A stretch of DNA of 64,000 bases from NCBI RefSeq assembly GCF_009914755.1, contig NC_060926.1; one strand, given 5' to 3'. The notes under the pieces are model-generated. The model saw only the letters and a list, made by a program, of their open reading frames with translations. It ran no database searches and had not been told where the DNA came from. The position numbers and the translations under genes were made by a program. This document shows positions 45,758-59,650 of the stretch, one piece after another; position 1 is the first letter of the stretch; each line of letters starts with the position of its first letter. The stretch comes from the human T2T-CHM13v2.0 reference genome, Homo sapiens.

Positions 45758-46523
45758 CAGTTGACCCTTGAACAACCTGGGTTTGAACTACTGGGTCCAC
45801 TAACAAGTGGATTTTCTTCCTTCTCTGCGACCCAAGACAGAGACAGCAAGACCAACCCCTCATCCTCTTCCTCCTCAGCCCATTCAATGTGAAGATGTTG
45901 AGGATGAAGTCCTTTGTGATGATCCACTTCCCCTTAATGAATTGTAATTATATTTTCTCTCCCTTATGCTTTTCTCAGTAACATGTTCTTTTCTCTAGCT
46001 TGCTTTATTGTAAATACAGTATATAGGCCGGGCACAGTGGCTCATGCCTGTATTCCCAGCACTTTGGGAGGCCGAGGTGGGTGGACAATTTGAGGCCAGG
46101 AGTTCGAGACCAGCCTGGCCAACTTGGTGAAACCCTGCCTTTACTAAAAATACAAAAATTAGCTGGGCATGATGGGGAGTGCCTGCAGTCCCAGCTACTT
46201 GGGAGGCTGAGGCAGGAGAATCGCTTAAACTCAGGAGGTGGAGGTTGCAGTGAGCCGAGATCATGTCACTGTACTCCAGCTTGGGCGACAGAGCAAGACT
46301 CTGTCTCAAAAAAATAAATAAATAAAATAAAAAAATAAAGAATACGGTATATAATACATATAACATATAAAATATGTGCTAATCAACTGTTTATGTTATC
46401 CGTAAGGCTTCTGGTCAACAGCAGCTTATCAGTCGTTAAGTTTTTGAGGAGTTGAAAGTTAGACACGGGTTTTCAGCTGTACAGGGGTCGGTGCCCCCAC
46501 TTCATGCTGTTCAAGGGTCAGTG
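45758..46523 (+). mobile_element. Tigger2a (MER28) DNA transposon interrupted by an Alu
   Basis: 5' TA + TIR cagttgacccttgaacaac; 3' ctgttcaagggtcagtg; internal gagacagcaagaccaacccct...tgatgatccacttcc. Confidence 0.9.
46026..46340 (+). mobile_element. AluSz-like inside Tigger2a
   Basis: TSD aatacRgtatata. Confidence 0.95.
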
Positions 46524-46602
46524 GATATATGAAGTGTGTATAGCACACATGGGGCATCTTAAACTGCATTAGCATTCGTATGCCTGTTATTTTCTTCACA
46601 GT

Positions 46603-47396
<794 letters not shown>

Positions 47397-48979
47397 ACAG
47401 GAGAGTTAATGGGGTGGAAGTTCATGAACTGCTATGGAGGGACGCAGGAGGGGAAAGAACGGGATACAATTCCCACTGCCCCCTATGGAAACTCGGGTGT
47501 GAAAGGGTAGGATGACTAGTCTGAGGTCTGTGATTTGGAGACAGGAAGCTGACTTCAGAAGGTTTGCTCCCTGCCTCCCATGCAAAGCATGGCACCAGGG
47601 AATATATAGTTGTTCTGAATGTGCTGAGCATAGTTTCCTCAATGTTTTTCTATCTTGACTTATTCTCCCATCATTTCTCTTAGCAGCACAGAGAGGGCTC
47701 TCTCCCTTCAGTCACACCCGGTAGAAACCTTTGCCATTCTCTGCGTGCCAAAGGCTCATGCCACAAACAACTGGTCAGAGTTCAGATCCTGGAAGTGGTG
47801 TGTTTCTTTGTGCATGCCATGAATATGTCACAACTTTTCCAAAGCTCTGGGGGCAGCTGAATGATTGAAACTCTTTGATACGATCCTGAGGCCCTCTGGA
47901 GTCATGGGCTTGGCGCCTGGGCAGCCCCTGTCCCTGCTGTCCATCAGCTTCTGAATGAGAGAGAGAGCGAGCGAGTGGTGGAAGCAACAAGAGACCTTGG
48001 GAATCACAGGATGGCGTGGGGTCGCTCCTGCTCTTGGCTGGCCTGGCCTCATCCACTTCCAGCCTCTTTCCTCAGCAGCTCCTGGGCAGACCTCAAGAAA
48101 GCCTTGTTTGAAATGCAGGAAGACCTCAGAAGTGTTTCCTTGCCAAGTTTGGTTGAAGCTATTTTTTTAAATTGCTCTTTTTTTCCAATCTCTTTTTTGT
48201 AACAATTTATTTATTTTGATGGGCAGAGCTCATGTATGAGGTCAGTGGATATTTTAGCATATTGTTGTATCACCTGTGAGGATATGAGACCCTTGGAATC
48301 TTAATAACAGCATATTAATGATGCATTCAGTCTCTGGGTACCCACACCTGCACTAATCAGTTCTTAGGAGCAGAGACCATGTAGGCTGGAAGGGGTGAAG
48401 ACACCTTCTAAATCCCCCGTTGTTAGGCTGAGCACGGCAATCCTCACTGTTATGTATCCTACTGTCTTTGCCTTTGAAATAATGCACTGGTATTTTACCT
48501 GAGATGGTGGAAATGGTGGTGGAGATGGAGAGAATTCTAGTTAAATGACAGATGCAGGCTTGACTTTGCAGTCTCACAGATGTTTCATTAATTGGCAGTA
48601 ATGATGCCTGCTCAGAAAAGGGAGTTTGCACCAGGAAGCATTTTCTTAAAATCAGACCATTACCTCAGAATTAGAATGAACAAAGACAGAGTCGGGCAGG
48701 TTAGGCCATCCTATCCATGACGACTTCAGTGAAATGGAGCCACATGTAAGCCCATTGTGGGGGTTTCTATGACGGACATGATAAGGAGAAGGTAACTTTC
48801 ACTGGCAAACAGACCCAGCACTTAAGATCCTCAAAGCAGGATGGAGGAAGCAGGAGCAAAGCTGTCTGCAGAATCACAAAGGTGAGGTCTCATTGCCTTG
48901 TCTGGTAGGCTGTCAGCCGCTGTCTGCTAGCCAGGCGCCAGCGTGCACTGTGGCCCCCAATCTACACCCTACCCTGCAG

Positions 48980-49530
48980 CCAGGGGGTCTTTTCCCAATA
49001 CAAATAAGATCCTGTTATCCTTCTGTCCCCCACCATCCTCCTGATTAAACCCCTTCAGAGGCTCCCCGTTGCCTGTACCAAAGTCTTCCCTCTGCATGTA
49101 ACATGCAGTGTGCGCTGACCCCTGCTCTCCACTCCCCTTCACTCTGCATGCTTCTCCTAACCTCCTGTTGAGCCATAGGCTCTAGCTATGCTCCCACGGC
49201 CACAGGCCCTTAGCACGTCCTTTCCCTGTGTCTGGATTACACATCTCCATCCCCTTTCCACTGGCACTCTAACTTATCCTTCAGGCACTGGCTCAGTTCT
49301 GATGTTACTTAGAGGAGCCACTCAGACCCTCAGGCCAGGTTCCCTGCTGAGAGCACGTACAGCAACACTTGTCCTACATGAATTACACATTTGCTGGTTG
49401 GATTACATTTCTTTCCCAGTAAAGTTCTATGAGGAGAGTAAGTGTTTGCTCACCACTGATCGTGTCCCTAGCACCAGGACAGTGGTGACACGTAGCATGC
49501 CCTCAGTAAACATCTGCAGAATAAATGGAA
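48980..49530 (+). mobile_element. L2 fragment
   Basis: aaaccccttcagaggctccccgttgcct...ccacagggccct...cctagcaccaggacagtggtgacacgtagcatgccctcagtaaacatctg. Confidence 0.7.
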
Positions 49531-49619
49531 AAGGGAGTATAGCCAAAAATGCATTTAGGACGTGTGATTGTAGTCACAGAGGCGCCTGTTCTAGATCAGA
49601 TCAGATCAGTCACTAGTTA

Positions 49620-49830
49620 TGGCAGGAGAGTGTTTAGTGTGATGGTTTGTAGCCACAGAGGAGGCCCGGGTTCAAATGCCGTCTCGGTAATGCTGTGGCT
49701 GCACGCCCTTCGGCAAACTGCACAACCGACCCGTGCCTCAGTTTCCCCATTTGAAAATGGGAACAGTACTGCCTGAATCAGGCTTGGTTTGCATTAGATA
49801 CCCACATCAGATGCTCAGCCCAGTGCTCCT
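49620..49830 (+). mobile_element. MIR
   Basis: cccgggttcaaatgcc...gtgcctcagtttccccatttgaaaatgggaacagta. Confidence 0.8.
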
Positions 49831-51795
49831 CTGTGTGTGGTGCTGGTGCTGTTGTTGTGTGTGTCGGGTGTGGTGTGCTGAGCTCCAGGGACTCACCAAG
49901 TTTTGAATGAAATAGATCAACTTTGTTGTTACAGAGCAAAGAGGTGTGGGGAGTTGTTTTTGCCCAGAGCCTATGTCTAGACCCTTGAGATGAGTAAAGT
50001 GCCACTGAACATTCTGACATTGCTGGTCTTAGGAAGGTGATAAGTAGGGCTGCACCATCATCCCACAGTCTATGGGGTGGCTTCTCCAGGATGCCTGACA
50101 CTGCCAGTGCCTCCTTCTCCAAGGGAAGAACACCCGACATGGGTGATCTTAAGCGACCGCTTAAGATTGGTTTAGTTCAGTTTGGAGAGCAATTTGATGT
50201 GCTGGTTTGATTTTTGGCTCGCTGATTTTTGCCAATATGTAATTCCTACTCAGTTCATACTGACTTATAAAGAAAACCTATCATTCTGTCCATCTGTCTA
50301 TCCATCCATCTTCCTAACTATCTGGAAAATAAATGAAATGCCTTTGGCTTCTCCTGTCCACAGTACAATGAAAGGATTTGCCCACTCTGGGGTCCGGGGA
50401 TTTGTTACTGAGTTTTGGCTCCTGTTTCAAGGGGTTTTCTATAATGGAGATAGTTCTGAAATCACCTAAATCAGCACAGCCAGTGTCTGCATTCCCAGGA
50501 ACAGAGCTCTCCGTGAGCAGAGTTACAGAGCCCAGGGAAAACAGGGTGAAAAAGTGGGGGTGAAGTTTCGGGGCAGTGTGTTGAAGGGAACAACTCTGTT
50601 TGAACAGGTAACCATCTGAGACATGTCTTGCACTATTTTTCTTCTGATTGTTCGCTGTCTTTTATAACACCACTGTTAATACTGGAATGAGTGTTCTAAT
50701 GGGAGGCATGACATGTTAGAAAGATGTGGAAACATATAAAACACCATTTGCAAAAATAACAGAGAAGCCCAGGAGCAGCGCACACAGGCAAAGTAAACAG
50801 CAGAGACAGTTTCCAGCTCTGTTAAAAGACTGGCCATTAAAGGGAGCTCAAAGACAAGCCACCACAGGCACCTTATGATAACCCTTCTCCCCGGTTTACA
50901 AAACAGAGATCAAACGAGGGAGGTCATGGTTAGAATTACGTATAACAGCCTCTCCATTCGGGTTCCAGTAGAGGAAGTCAAGTGATAGCTAAAGGGATTA
51001 GAGCTATTTTTAGTGAAAGCAAAGAAGAAAACCCTTTGGAGTTGCAGATTCCAACGTGAACAATGGTTACTTGGCAGGCGACCTCTGCCCCAGATGGAAG
51101 AGAGAGAATACCACAAGCTGACAACTTTATTGGATCCAGATGGGAAGAAGAAACCCCACAATGATATTAACAATAATCTAACAATGAGGACTTGGTAGAT
51201 GGAGGTGTGACAACACCAGGAGGTCAGGGAGCCTGCCTGAGTGCAGGTCAAAGGCATGTGATTTTCCATGAGGTGACTGTGGTTTATAATAGCGACATCA
51301 GGGCGCATTTTTAGTTTTACCAGTCAAGGTATTAGTCCAAAAGCCATAGCCAGTATAGCTTTGTGAAAAGCTATAGCATTTTGCAAAGGGGTAGCTTGGA
51401 CATTCCCAAGGGCAGATTGTTTGTGGGGGGCACAAATTTCTGGTGGCAGAAATGCTCAGACCAAGGCTGAAAGACCACCATGACCCATCACAGGCAAGGA
51501 ATCCAGGCAGGGCAGGCACACCCAGGCGACTCCCCAGCTTCAGGAGGGTGCCTGGGGTGCCAAATGGGCCACGGGGCTGCCTCTGAAGCAGAAACTCTTT
51601 CAAACTCATTTTCCAGCAAAAGGGGCAGAACTGGGGGTCGGTGGGAATGCTTCTTGGGCTGGAGCTGTGCAGAGGCTGAGAGTTCCTGGGGGACAGAATA
51701 AGGCAGCTGCCTGGGCTGTGGCACATTGGTTAGTGCTCACCAAGTGATAAGCAACACCGATCAGCATGGGGTCTGTGTGAAAAGTGCTGGCAAAG

Positions 51796-52092
51796 CCATC
51801 GGGCGCGGTGGCTCACGCCTGTAATCCCAGCACTTTGGGAGGCTGAGGCGGGTGGATCACGAGGTCAGGAGATCGAGACCATCCTGGCTGACACGGTGAA
51901 ACCCCATCTCTTCTAAACATACAAAAAAGTAGCCGGGCGTGGTGGTGGGCGCCTGTAGTCCCAGCTACTCGGGAGGCTGAGGCAGGAGAATGGCGTGAAC
52001 CCGGGAGGCGGAGCTTTCAGTGAGCCGAGATGGCGCCACTGCCCTCCAGCCTGGGCGACAGAGAGAGACTCCGTCTCAGAAAAAAAAAAAAA
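51796..52092 (+). mobile_element. AluY
   Basis: TSD aaaagtgctgRcaaag. Confidence 0.95.
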
Positions 52093-53069
52093 AAAAGTGC
52101 TGACAAAGAGGGACTTTCCCTCAGAATGAGTTCTGACATGCGATAGTTCTCCTCCAGACCTGAGGGGTCTGGGGAGAAGACGGCTGGCAGGTATGGGCAT
52201 CGACAGACGTTGGAAGCGAGGTAAAGAGAGCAGAGGAAAGGACACTGGCCTCGCAGGCAGTGTGTGTCCATTACCAGGTCCCCAGGGCCACAGGGTGTGG
52301 AGGGAGCTGTGAACTCACCTGGGCATCCCCCGAGGTCCTTAAAAAGAAGACAGCAGAAGCAGACAAATAGCGGTTAAGAAATCCGAACAAAATCGCTTTC
52401 AGGATTGTCTTTCCTGAGAAGAGAATCTGTGAGGCACGATTTTTCACCTTCCACCAGGGATTGAGAAGTGCCCTGCGGGGTTGAGAGCAACCCGGGAGCC
52501 AAGCAGGAGTGGAACTTTTAGATGGGCCTTGGCATGTGGCTTACACAAGAGGCCCTTTGGCCTGCACAGAGTTTACACAATTCGAAGGCTTTCTGGAAAA
52601 CGTGCCTCAGAGCCGTGTGCCCCAGCTTGCTTGTTATATCTGGCAGGCACCGGCTGCTGTGGGTTCCGCACCTAGGGTGCGCCACACCGTCCCCTACTGC
52701 CCTTTAGCCTGTATCCAGGGGCAGTGGCTGGAACTCAGGCAGAGGAGCAGAGGCCCAGGCATGCGAAGTGGGGTGCCTGCAGTTAGGGGTTGGGCTGGGA
52801 ACGCCAATACTAAACGCCTCAATAACCAGCAACTGTGGTTCCCCCGCCCCACTCACTCATGTGCCGCTGCCACAGCACTCCATCTACCTTCCCCAGGGGG
52901 AGCAGTGTTACTGTCCTCAGGCATCGTGGCAATTATGTGGACAGCGTCGCTCATTTGTCCAGTGTTCTTGGGGATCCAGGTGCTCAGAAAGGTGGATTTT
53001 CCAGATGGTGGACAGTTCCCTTTTGCAGTGTAAAATCTTTAAAAATTACTGTTTTTCAGAAAGTCAAAC

Positions 53070-53625
<556 letters not shown>

Positions 53626-54074
53626 TTATCCTAGGATTAAGATAATCACTGTTTTGATGAAACCTTGATAATATGTACAGAATGCTTCTGCGCTCTTAAG
53701 CAAAACATACATAGCATGGGTCACCTAGTGATGACTGAGCACTGTCATCATGAATGCCTGCAACAGCGCAGGCTGCGTTAACAGAGGTGCCCTGTGGACG
53801 CACAGGACATACAGAACTACTGTCTCCTGCAGTAAAGGATCCCAAACTTCAGTGCCCAAAATACAAATATGACCTAGGAAACAGAAGAATTAGGCAGTTT
53901 AAAAAATTGCTCTTTTTCTAATTACAACAGTAATATATGTTCATTGTAGAAAATTTGTATGCACAAAATAATAAAAGAAAAATTAAAATCACTGAGATGA
54001 GGTTTAAAATAGCTTTTTGCTGTCAGCCCTAACTGTCATGTTGTTGACGTCAGTAGGTACAACTGTTAAAAGTC

Positions 54075-54395
54075 AGCCTGGGCACAATGGCTCATACTTG
54101 CAATCCCAGAGCTTTGGGAGGCCTAGGTGGGAGGATCTCTTGAGGCTAGGAATTTGAGACCAGCCTGGACAACAAAGTGAGACCCTGTCTCTACAAAAAC
54201 ATCAAATAAAAATCTCTAGCTGGGTGCAGTGTGTATACCTATAGTCCTAGCTACTCAGGAGGCTGAGGCAGGAGAATTGCTTGAGCCCAGGAGTTTGGGG
54301 CTGCAGTGAGCCTTGTTTGCCCTATCGCTCTCCAGCTTGGGCAGCAAAGTTAGACCCTATCTCAAAACAAACAAACAAAAACAAACAAACAAAAA
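54075..54395 (+). mobile_element. AluJ
   Basis: ggaggatctcttgagg, gagcccaggagtttggggctgcagtgag, (CAAA)n tail. Confidence 0.9.
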
Positions 54396-54459
54396 ACTCT
54401 CTTAATTTCTACCTAACAGTCTCTTCTCTCCTTCAAGGTAATGTACCTGCATTTTGTGA

Positions 54460-54909
<450 letters not shown>

Positions 54910-55023
54910 TAAGAAGCTGGTGTAAGTTTGCAAAGAATTACCAGTCTCTTTGAATCTTTTCACGGCTACTGTCGAAAATCTCAAAACTTTGCAGGTAGAT
55001 TCCTGAACAGAAGATGTTGGGGT

Positions 55024-55120
55024 TGAAACCACCTTTGCAAAAATTCTAACAGTGAGAAAATTACAGCAGTGAGGGGGTTCTGGTCTAGCCAACTCCCCTC
55101 TTGCCTTTAGCCTTCAAGCT
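55024..55120 (+). mobile_element. LTR8/LTR8A-like ERV1 LTR 5' fragment
   Basis: tgaaaccacctttgcaaaaattctaacagtgagaaaatta...aactcccctcttgcctttagccttcaagct. Confidence 0.7.
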
Positions 55121-55384
55121 TCACCTCTGAAGACTGATGCCTGAACCTGGAGGTGACGTGGCTGGAGACAGGCATGTCCACCAGCAAAGAGGCACCTCAG
55201 GGTGTCCACTTCATCCTATGTCCTTCCAGGTGATAGGTAGTGGGAGGCTTGGCCCGGCTGGTTAGGACTGTGGGCCCTAGTCTTGGACGTGTGCACCTGG
55301 GGACAAACCTTCACTGGAAGAGGGGAAGAAAATATTAGAACTTTAACTTCATTGTTTATCTAAATATTTTAAATTGATATTCTT

Positions 55385-55935
55385 TTTTAACTTATTTTAT
55401 GATTGCAAAAACTATATATATAGCATATAATTGACCATATTAGCCACTGTTAAGTATAGAATTCATTGGGATTAATTACATTCACAATGCTGTGCAGCCA
55501 TCACCACTCCTTCCAAAATATTTCATCACCCCAGATGGAACCTCTGCCCATTAAGCAGAGACTCCTTATGTCCCCTCTTCCCAGCTGCTGGTAACCGTTC
55601 CCTCTATGAATTGATCTCTATGTATTTGACCATTCTAGATAATTTATATACATAGAATCATACAATATTTGTGCTTTTGTGACTGGCTTGTTTCACTTGG
55701 GTTTTCAAGGCTTGCACATGTTGTATGTAGTGTGTATTAGAATTTCCTTCCTTTTTAAGGCTGAATAATATTCCATTGTGTGGACATACTGCACTTTGTT
55801 TAACTGTTAAACTGTTGATAGACTTTCAGTTGATTTTAGCTTTGTGAATAATGCTGCTCTAATCACTGGGGTATCTGTTTTGAGCATTTGTTTTCAGTTC
55901 CTTTGGGTATATATTAAGGAGTGGAGTTTCTATTC
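55385..55935 (-). mobile_element. L1MB-like 3' end, apparently inserted in a hAT-Charlie (MER113-like) relic
   Basis: tacattcacaatgctgtgcagccatcaccac...tttcatcaccccaga...taaggctgaataatattccattgtgtgg; flank gggaagaaaatattagaact. Confidence 0.8.
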
Positions 55936-56080
55936 TTTTTATGTTTAAAAAGATCTGTTTTTGTGTTTATATATAATGGGTTAGCAGAGTAGTAAAGATA
56001 TGATTTATAACTTGACGTACATATTTTGGGGAGCCAAAAATATTTTCTGGAAAAAGTCCATTATAAAAAACAAGGACATA

Positions 56081-56390
<310 letters not shown>

Positions 56391-56457
56391 TTAGAGCTTC
56401 ACATAGAGATTCTGGCAGCCACATGGTTAATTCCTAGATTTCTAGTTTTTCACAGAG

Positions 56458-56555
56458 ATGGGGGACGACGTGTCCCATTTGGCCTGGGACAGTCCCAGCT
56501 GATGTCCTCATCCTGGTGTAATTGTTAGTAGTCCCCTTCATCCTCACCAAGGCCT
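56458..56555. mobile_element. MER94-like hAT-Blackjack relic
   Basis: gtcccatttggcctgggacagtcccag...cctggtgtaattgttagtagtccccttca. Confidence 0.65.
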
Positions 56556-56699
56556 GCCCTCCCTGGGGGAGCAGAAACGCTTGCAGTTCAGAGCAGGTGG
56601 GAAGAGACAGCAAGAGGAATTGGCTCAGCACCACCACAGAAAAGCAGCTCAGAAAGATCCAGTGCATGGAAGACAGCACATTTTATATTTAAAATTTTA

Positions 56700-56993
56700 A
56701 TTTTGTTTATTCTAGAGAAAGGGTCTCACTCTGTCACCCAGGCTGGAGTGCAGTGGCATGATTGTAGGTCACCTGAGCTCCTGGGCTCAACAATCTTCCT
56801 GCTTCAGCCTCCAGAGTAGCTGGGACTATAGGCTCATACCACCATGCCTAGCTTTTTTTTTTTTTTTTTTTTTTTTAAGAGATGGGGTCTTGCTATGTTG
56901 CTCAGGCTGGTCCTGAACTCCTAGGCTCAAGCGATCTTCCTGCTTCTGCCTCCCAAAGTGCTGGGACAATAGATAAGAGCCATCACACCTGGA
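56700..56993 (-). mobile_element. AluJ
   Basis: agggtctcactctgtcacccagg...ggggtcttgctatgttgc...ggctcaagcgatc. Confidence 0.92.
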
Positions 56994-57350
56994 CAGCGCA
57001 TTATTTTAATGGCCACCGTTTTTGCTTTTAGAAGAGTGTGTCTGAGGTATTGCCTGTCCCTTGGGCCCCTCTTCCCTCTGAAGCAAGGGGACCAAAGGCT
57101 GGCTATGCAGTCATGAGCTCCCAGCTCTAAGGTGAGGAAGCACCGTTAGTGTAGGATACACTGGATATGTCATGTATTCAAGTGGGGAAAGCAGCAGCCC
57201 AGACTGTGCCCCTCACATCCTGATTGCTCGGCACCCTCTAGGTGGGGAAAAAGCTCAAAATGATCTTTTAGAAACAGCTGCTCCTCTCAGTCTTATTTCC
57301 ACACTTGCCAATTCAGAGCTGCCAAATACTTCTTAAAAATCATTAGAAGT

Positions 57351-57510
57351 GGCCGGGTGCAGTGGCTCACGCCTGTAATCCCAGCACTTTGGGAGGCCAA
57401 GGTGGTGGATCACGAGGTCACCATTCTGGCTAATGTGGTGAAACCCCGTCTCTACTAAAAATACAAAAAATTAGCCAGGCATGGTGGTGGGCGTCTCAAA
57501 AAATAAAAAA
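57351..57510 (+). mobile_element. Alu (Y/Sc-like) with two internal deletions
   Basis: cacgaggtca|ccattctggc and ggtggtgggcg|tctcaaaaa. Confidence 0.88.
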
Positions 57511-57527
57511 GAACCTCTGAAGACATT

Positions 57528-57830
57528 GGCCGGGTGTGGTGGCTCACACCTGTAATTGCAGCACTCTGGGAGGCCAAAGTGGGCAGATCACTTGAGGTCA
57601 GGATTTTAAAACCAGCTTGGTGCGTGGTGAAATCCCATCTCTACTAGAAATACAAAAATTAGTTGAGCGTGGTGGTTCGCACCTGTAATAGCAGCTACTT
57701 GGGAGGCTGAGGCAGGAGAATCACTAGAATCCTGGAGGCGGAGGTTGCAGTGAGCCAAGATTTGCACCACTGCACTCCAGCCTGGGCAACAGAGTGAGGC
57801 TCTGTCTCAAAAAAAAAAAAAAAAAAAAAA
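57528..57830 (+). mobile_element. AluSz/Sx-like
   Basis: TSD aagRacctctgaagac. Confidence 0.93.
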
Positions 57831-58553
57831 CAAGGACCTCTGAAGACTTCTTGAAGGAGGGTGGGTCTCCTGGGGGACTAGCCTCATCTTGGAGGCATTG
57901 CAGAGGTCTCCTGGGCCCAGCCAGACCCCAGACATCTTGTTCCTTTGTGGAGTCTTCAAGGGAAGAGCTTTTGAAGCCATAAGGAAAGACTGGATTTTGA
58001 AGACAAAAGTAACTTTCCTCTTTTGAAGGCAGCATGGAGCCAAGGAAGCCTGTGGAGCCTGACATGAAGGCACAGGCTCTGAGCCTGGCATGTCCATCCA
58101 CCCTCTGTTTATGATACCCTGGGCAGGGCCTAAGCCCTCCTGGGCCTCAGCTCCCCTCCTGTAAGTGGTGACAGACCTCACAGGGTTATTGGGCACTGAC
58201 GTGGACAAAGTATCTGGAAGGAAGCAGTGCTGCGTAAGCGTCGTTATGACTATGGGGACTCAGCAGGACCTAGGCCAGGAGCAAGACCTAGAGTTGATGA
58301 GGGCCTGGGCTCCAGGAGTGGGCGGGGTGGGTGGGCGGCAGCTCTGCAGCCTGGCATGCTGGCCTCCCCGCCATGCGTCTTCCTTCTCCCTGCAGGCTCT
58401 GAGTCCCTGCCAGTCCCCTACTTCTGTCTCTCCCAGAGCTGCTACTCACAGATCCATCCTCAGAGGGAGCACTGGGCTCTGCCAGTTAATGCATGTGTCC
58501 TGCTGAGGCAGGGAAGAGCTCAAGGCTTTCCTGGTACTGTTTAAAAACATACT

Positions 58554-58858
58554 GGCAGGGTGAGGTGGCTCACGCCTGTAATTCCAGCACACTGGGGGGC
58601 CAAGACAGGCAGACATCTTGAGCCCAGGAGTTTGAGACCAACCTGGGCAACATGGTGAAACCCTGTCTCTACAAAAAATGCAAAAAATTACCTGGGCCAG
58701 GTGACATACACCTGTAGTCTCCACTACTCAGGAGGCTGAGGTGGGTGGATCACCTGAACCCAGGACGTTGAGGCTGCAGTGAGCCATGATCATGCCACTG
58801 CACTCCACTCTGGGTGACAGAGTGAGACCCTGTCTCAAAAGAAATAAATAAAATAAAA
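58554..58858 (+). mobile_element. AluJb
   Basis: ttgagcccaggagtt, gaggctgcagtgagccatgatc; TSD aaaaacataYt. Confidence 0.93.
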
Positions 58859-59494
58859 ACATATTGTTCGATTTTAAATGCTAAACCATAATTGACACCT
58901 GAGCCTCAGGGCTAATGGAAAGTACAAAGTGCATGCTGGGCCACGGCCCTTACCTCCATTGAAGGAAGAGCCTTACACCAAGAAGGTAGGCCCTGCTGCT
59001 GCACCCTGGCTTCCCCGTTGCTGGGAGGCCTGTCTCCACACGCCACCCTCAGGCCCTCCTGCACAGTGGCTCATGGTGGCTGACACACTGTATTTGAGGG
59101 TGACAGTCCTTGCATCAACATCTGGACAGTGCTGAATGCTGTTTCAATCTCCTCTGCTGTGCCCTAAGCATCCGATCCCAACAGCCCTCACTTAGAGGAG
59201 TGCTCTGACCTATTCCACAGGCCCTCCGAGGGTGGCAGACATGCACCCAAATGAGTAGCTTAAGTCAGTAGGCCCGGTTCTTGCCCTTCCCCCACACATA
59301 TCTTGCCCCTCCTACACCTTGACCCTGGACCTAAAGCAGCAGAACAGAGCTTAGAGGTCATCGGGTCTAAGCCCCACTCCTGTCTTCCAGAGCAGCCTCA
59401 CACTCTCAGGATCTGTGTGGCTGTCAGGGACTGTGAGGGCCAACTGAGAATGCATGTGTGAATCTGGCTGTCACGACTTTAGTTGTGATTGTTT

Positions 59495-59650
59495 ATTTAT
59501 TTATTTGTTTGTTTATTTATTTATTTATTTAGTAGAGACAGGATTTTGCCATATTGCCCAGGCTGGTCTCAAACTCCTGGGCTCAAGCAATCTTCCCACC
59601 TCAGCCTCCTAAAGTGCTGGGATTACAGGCGTGAGGCACTGTGCCCGGCC
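59495..59650 (-). mobile_element. FLAM_C / Alu left monomer
   Basis: Monomer with (TTTA)n tail; TSD tgtgattgtttattt. Confidence 0.9.

Larger units (their letters stand above)
45315..46590 (+). mobile_element. MIR split by AluSc and Tigger2a
   Basis: ggcaagtgacttaa...ctcatctacaaataaagatagtaata|Alu|gaactcagagagttgtggtggg...gttaata|Tigger|tatatgaagtg...tagcacac. Confidence 0.7.

Noticed and set aside
52509-53033. 174-aa plus-strand ORF
   Set aside because: GTG start, no homology I recognise, no supporting exon chain
54045-54052. Full CRE TGACGTCA
   Set aside because: Isolated 8-mer between repeats with no supporting context
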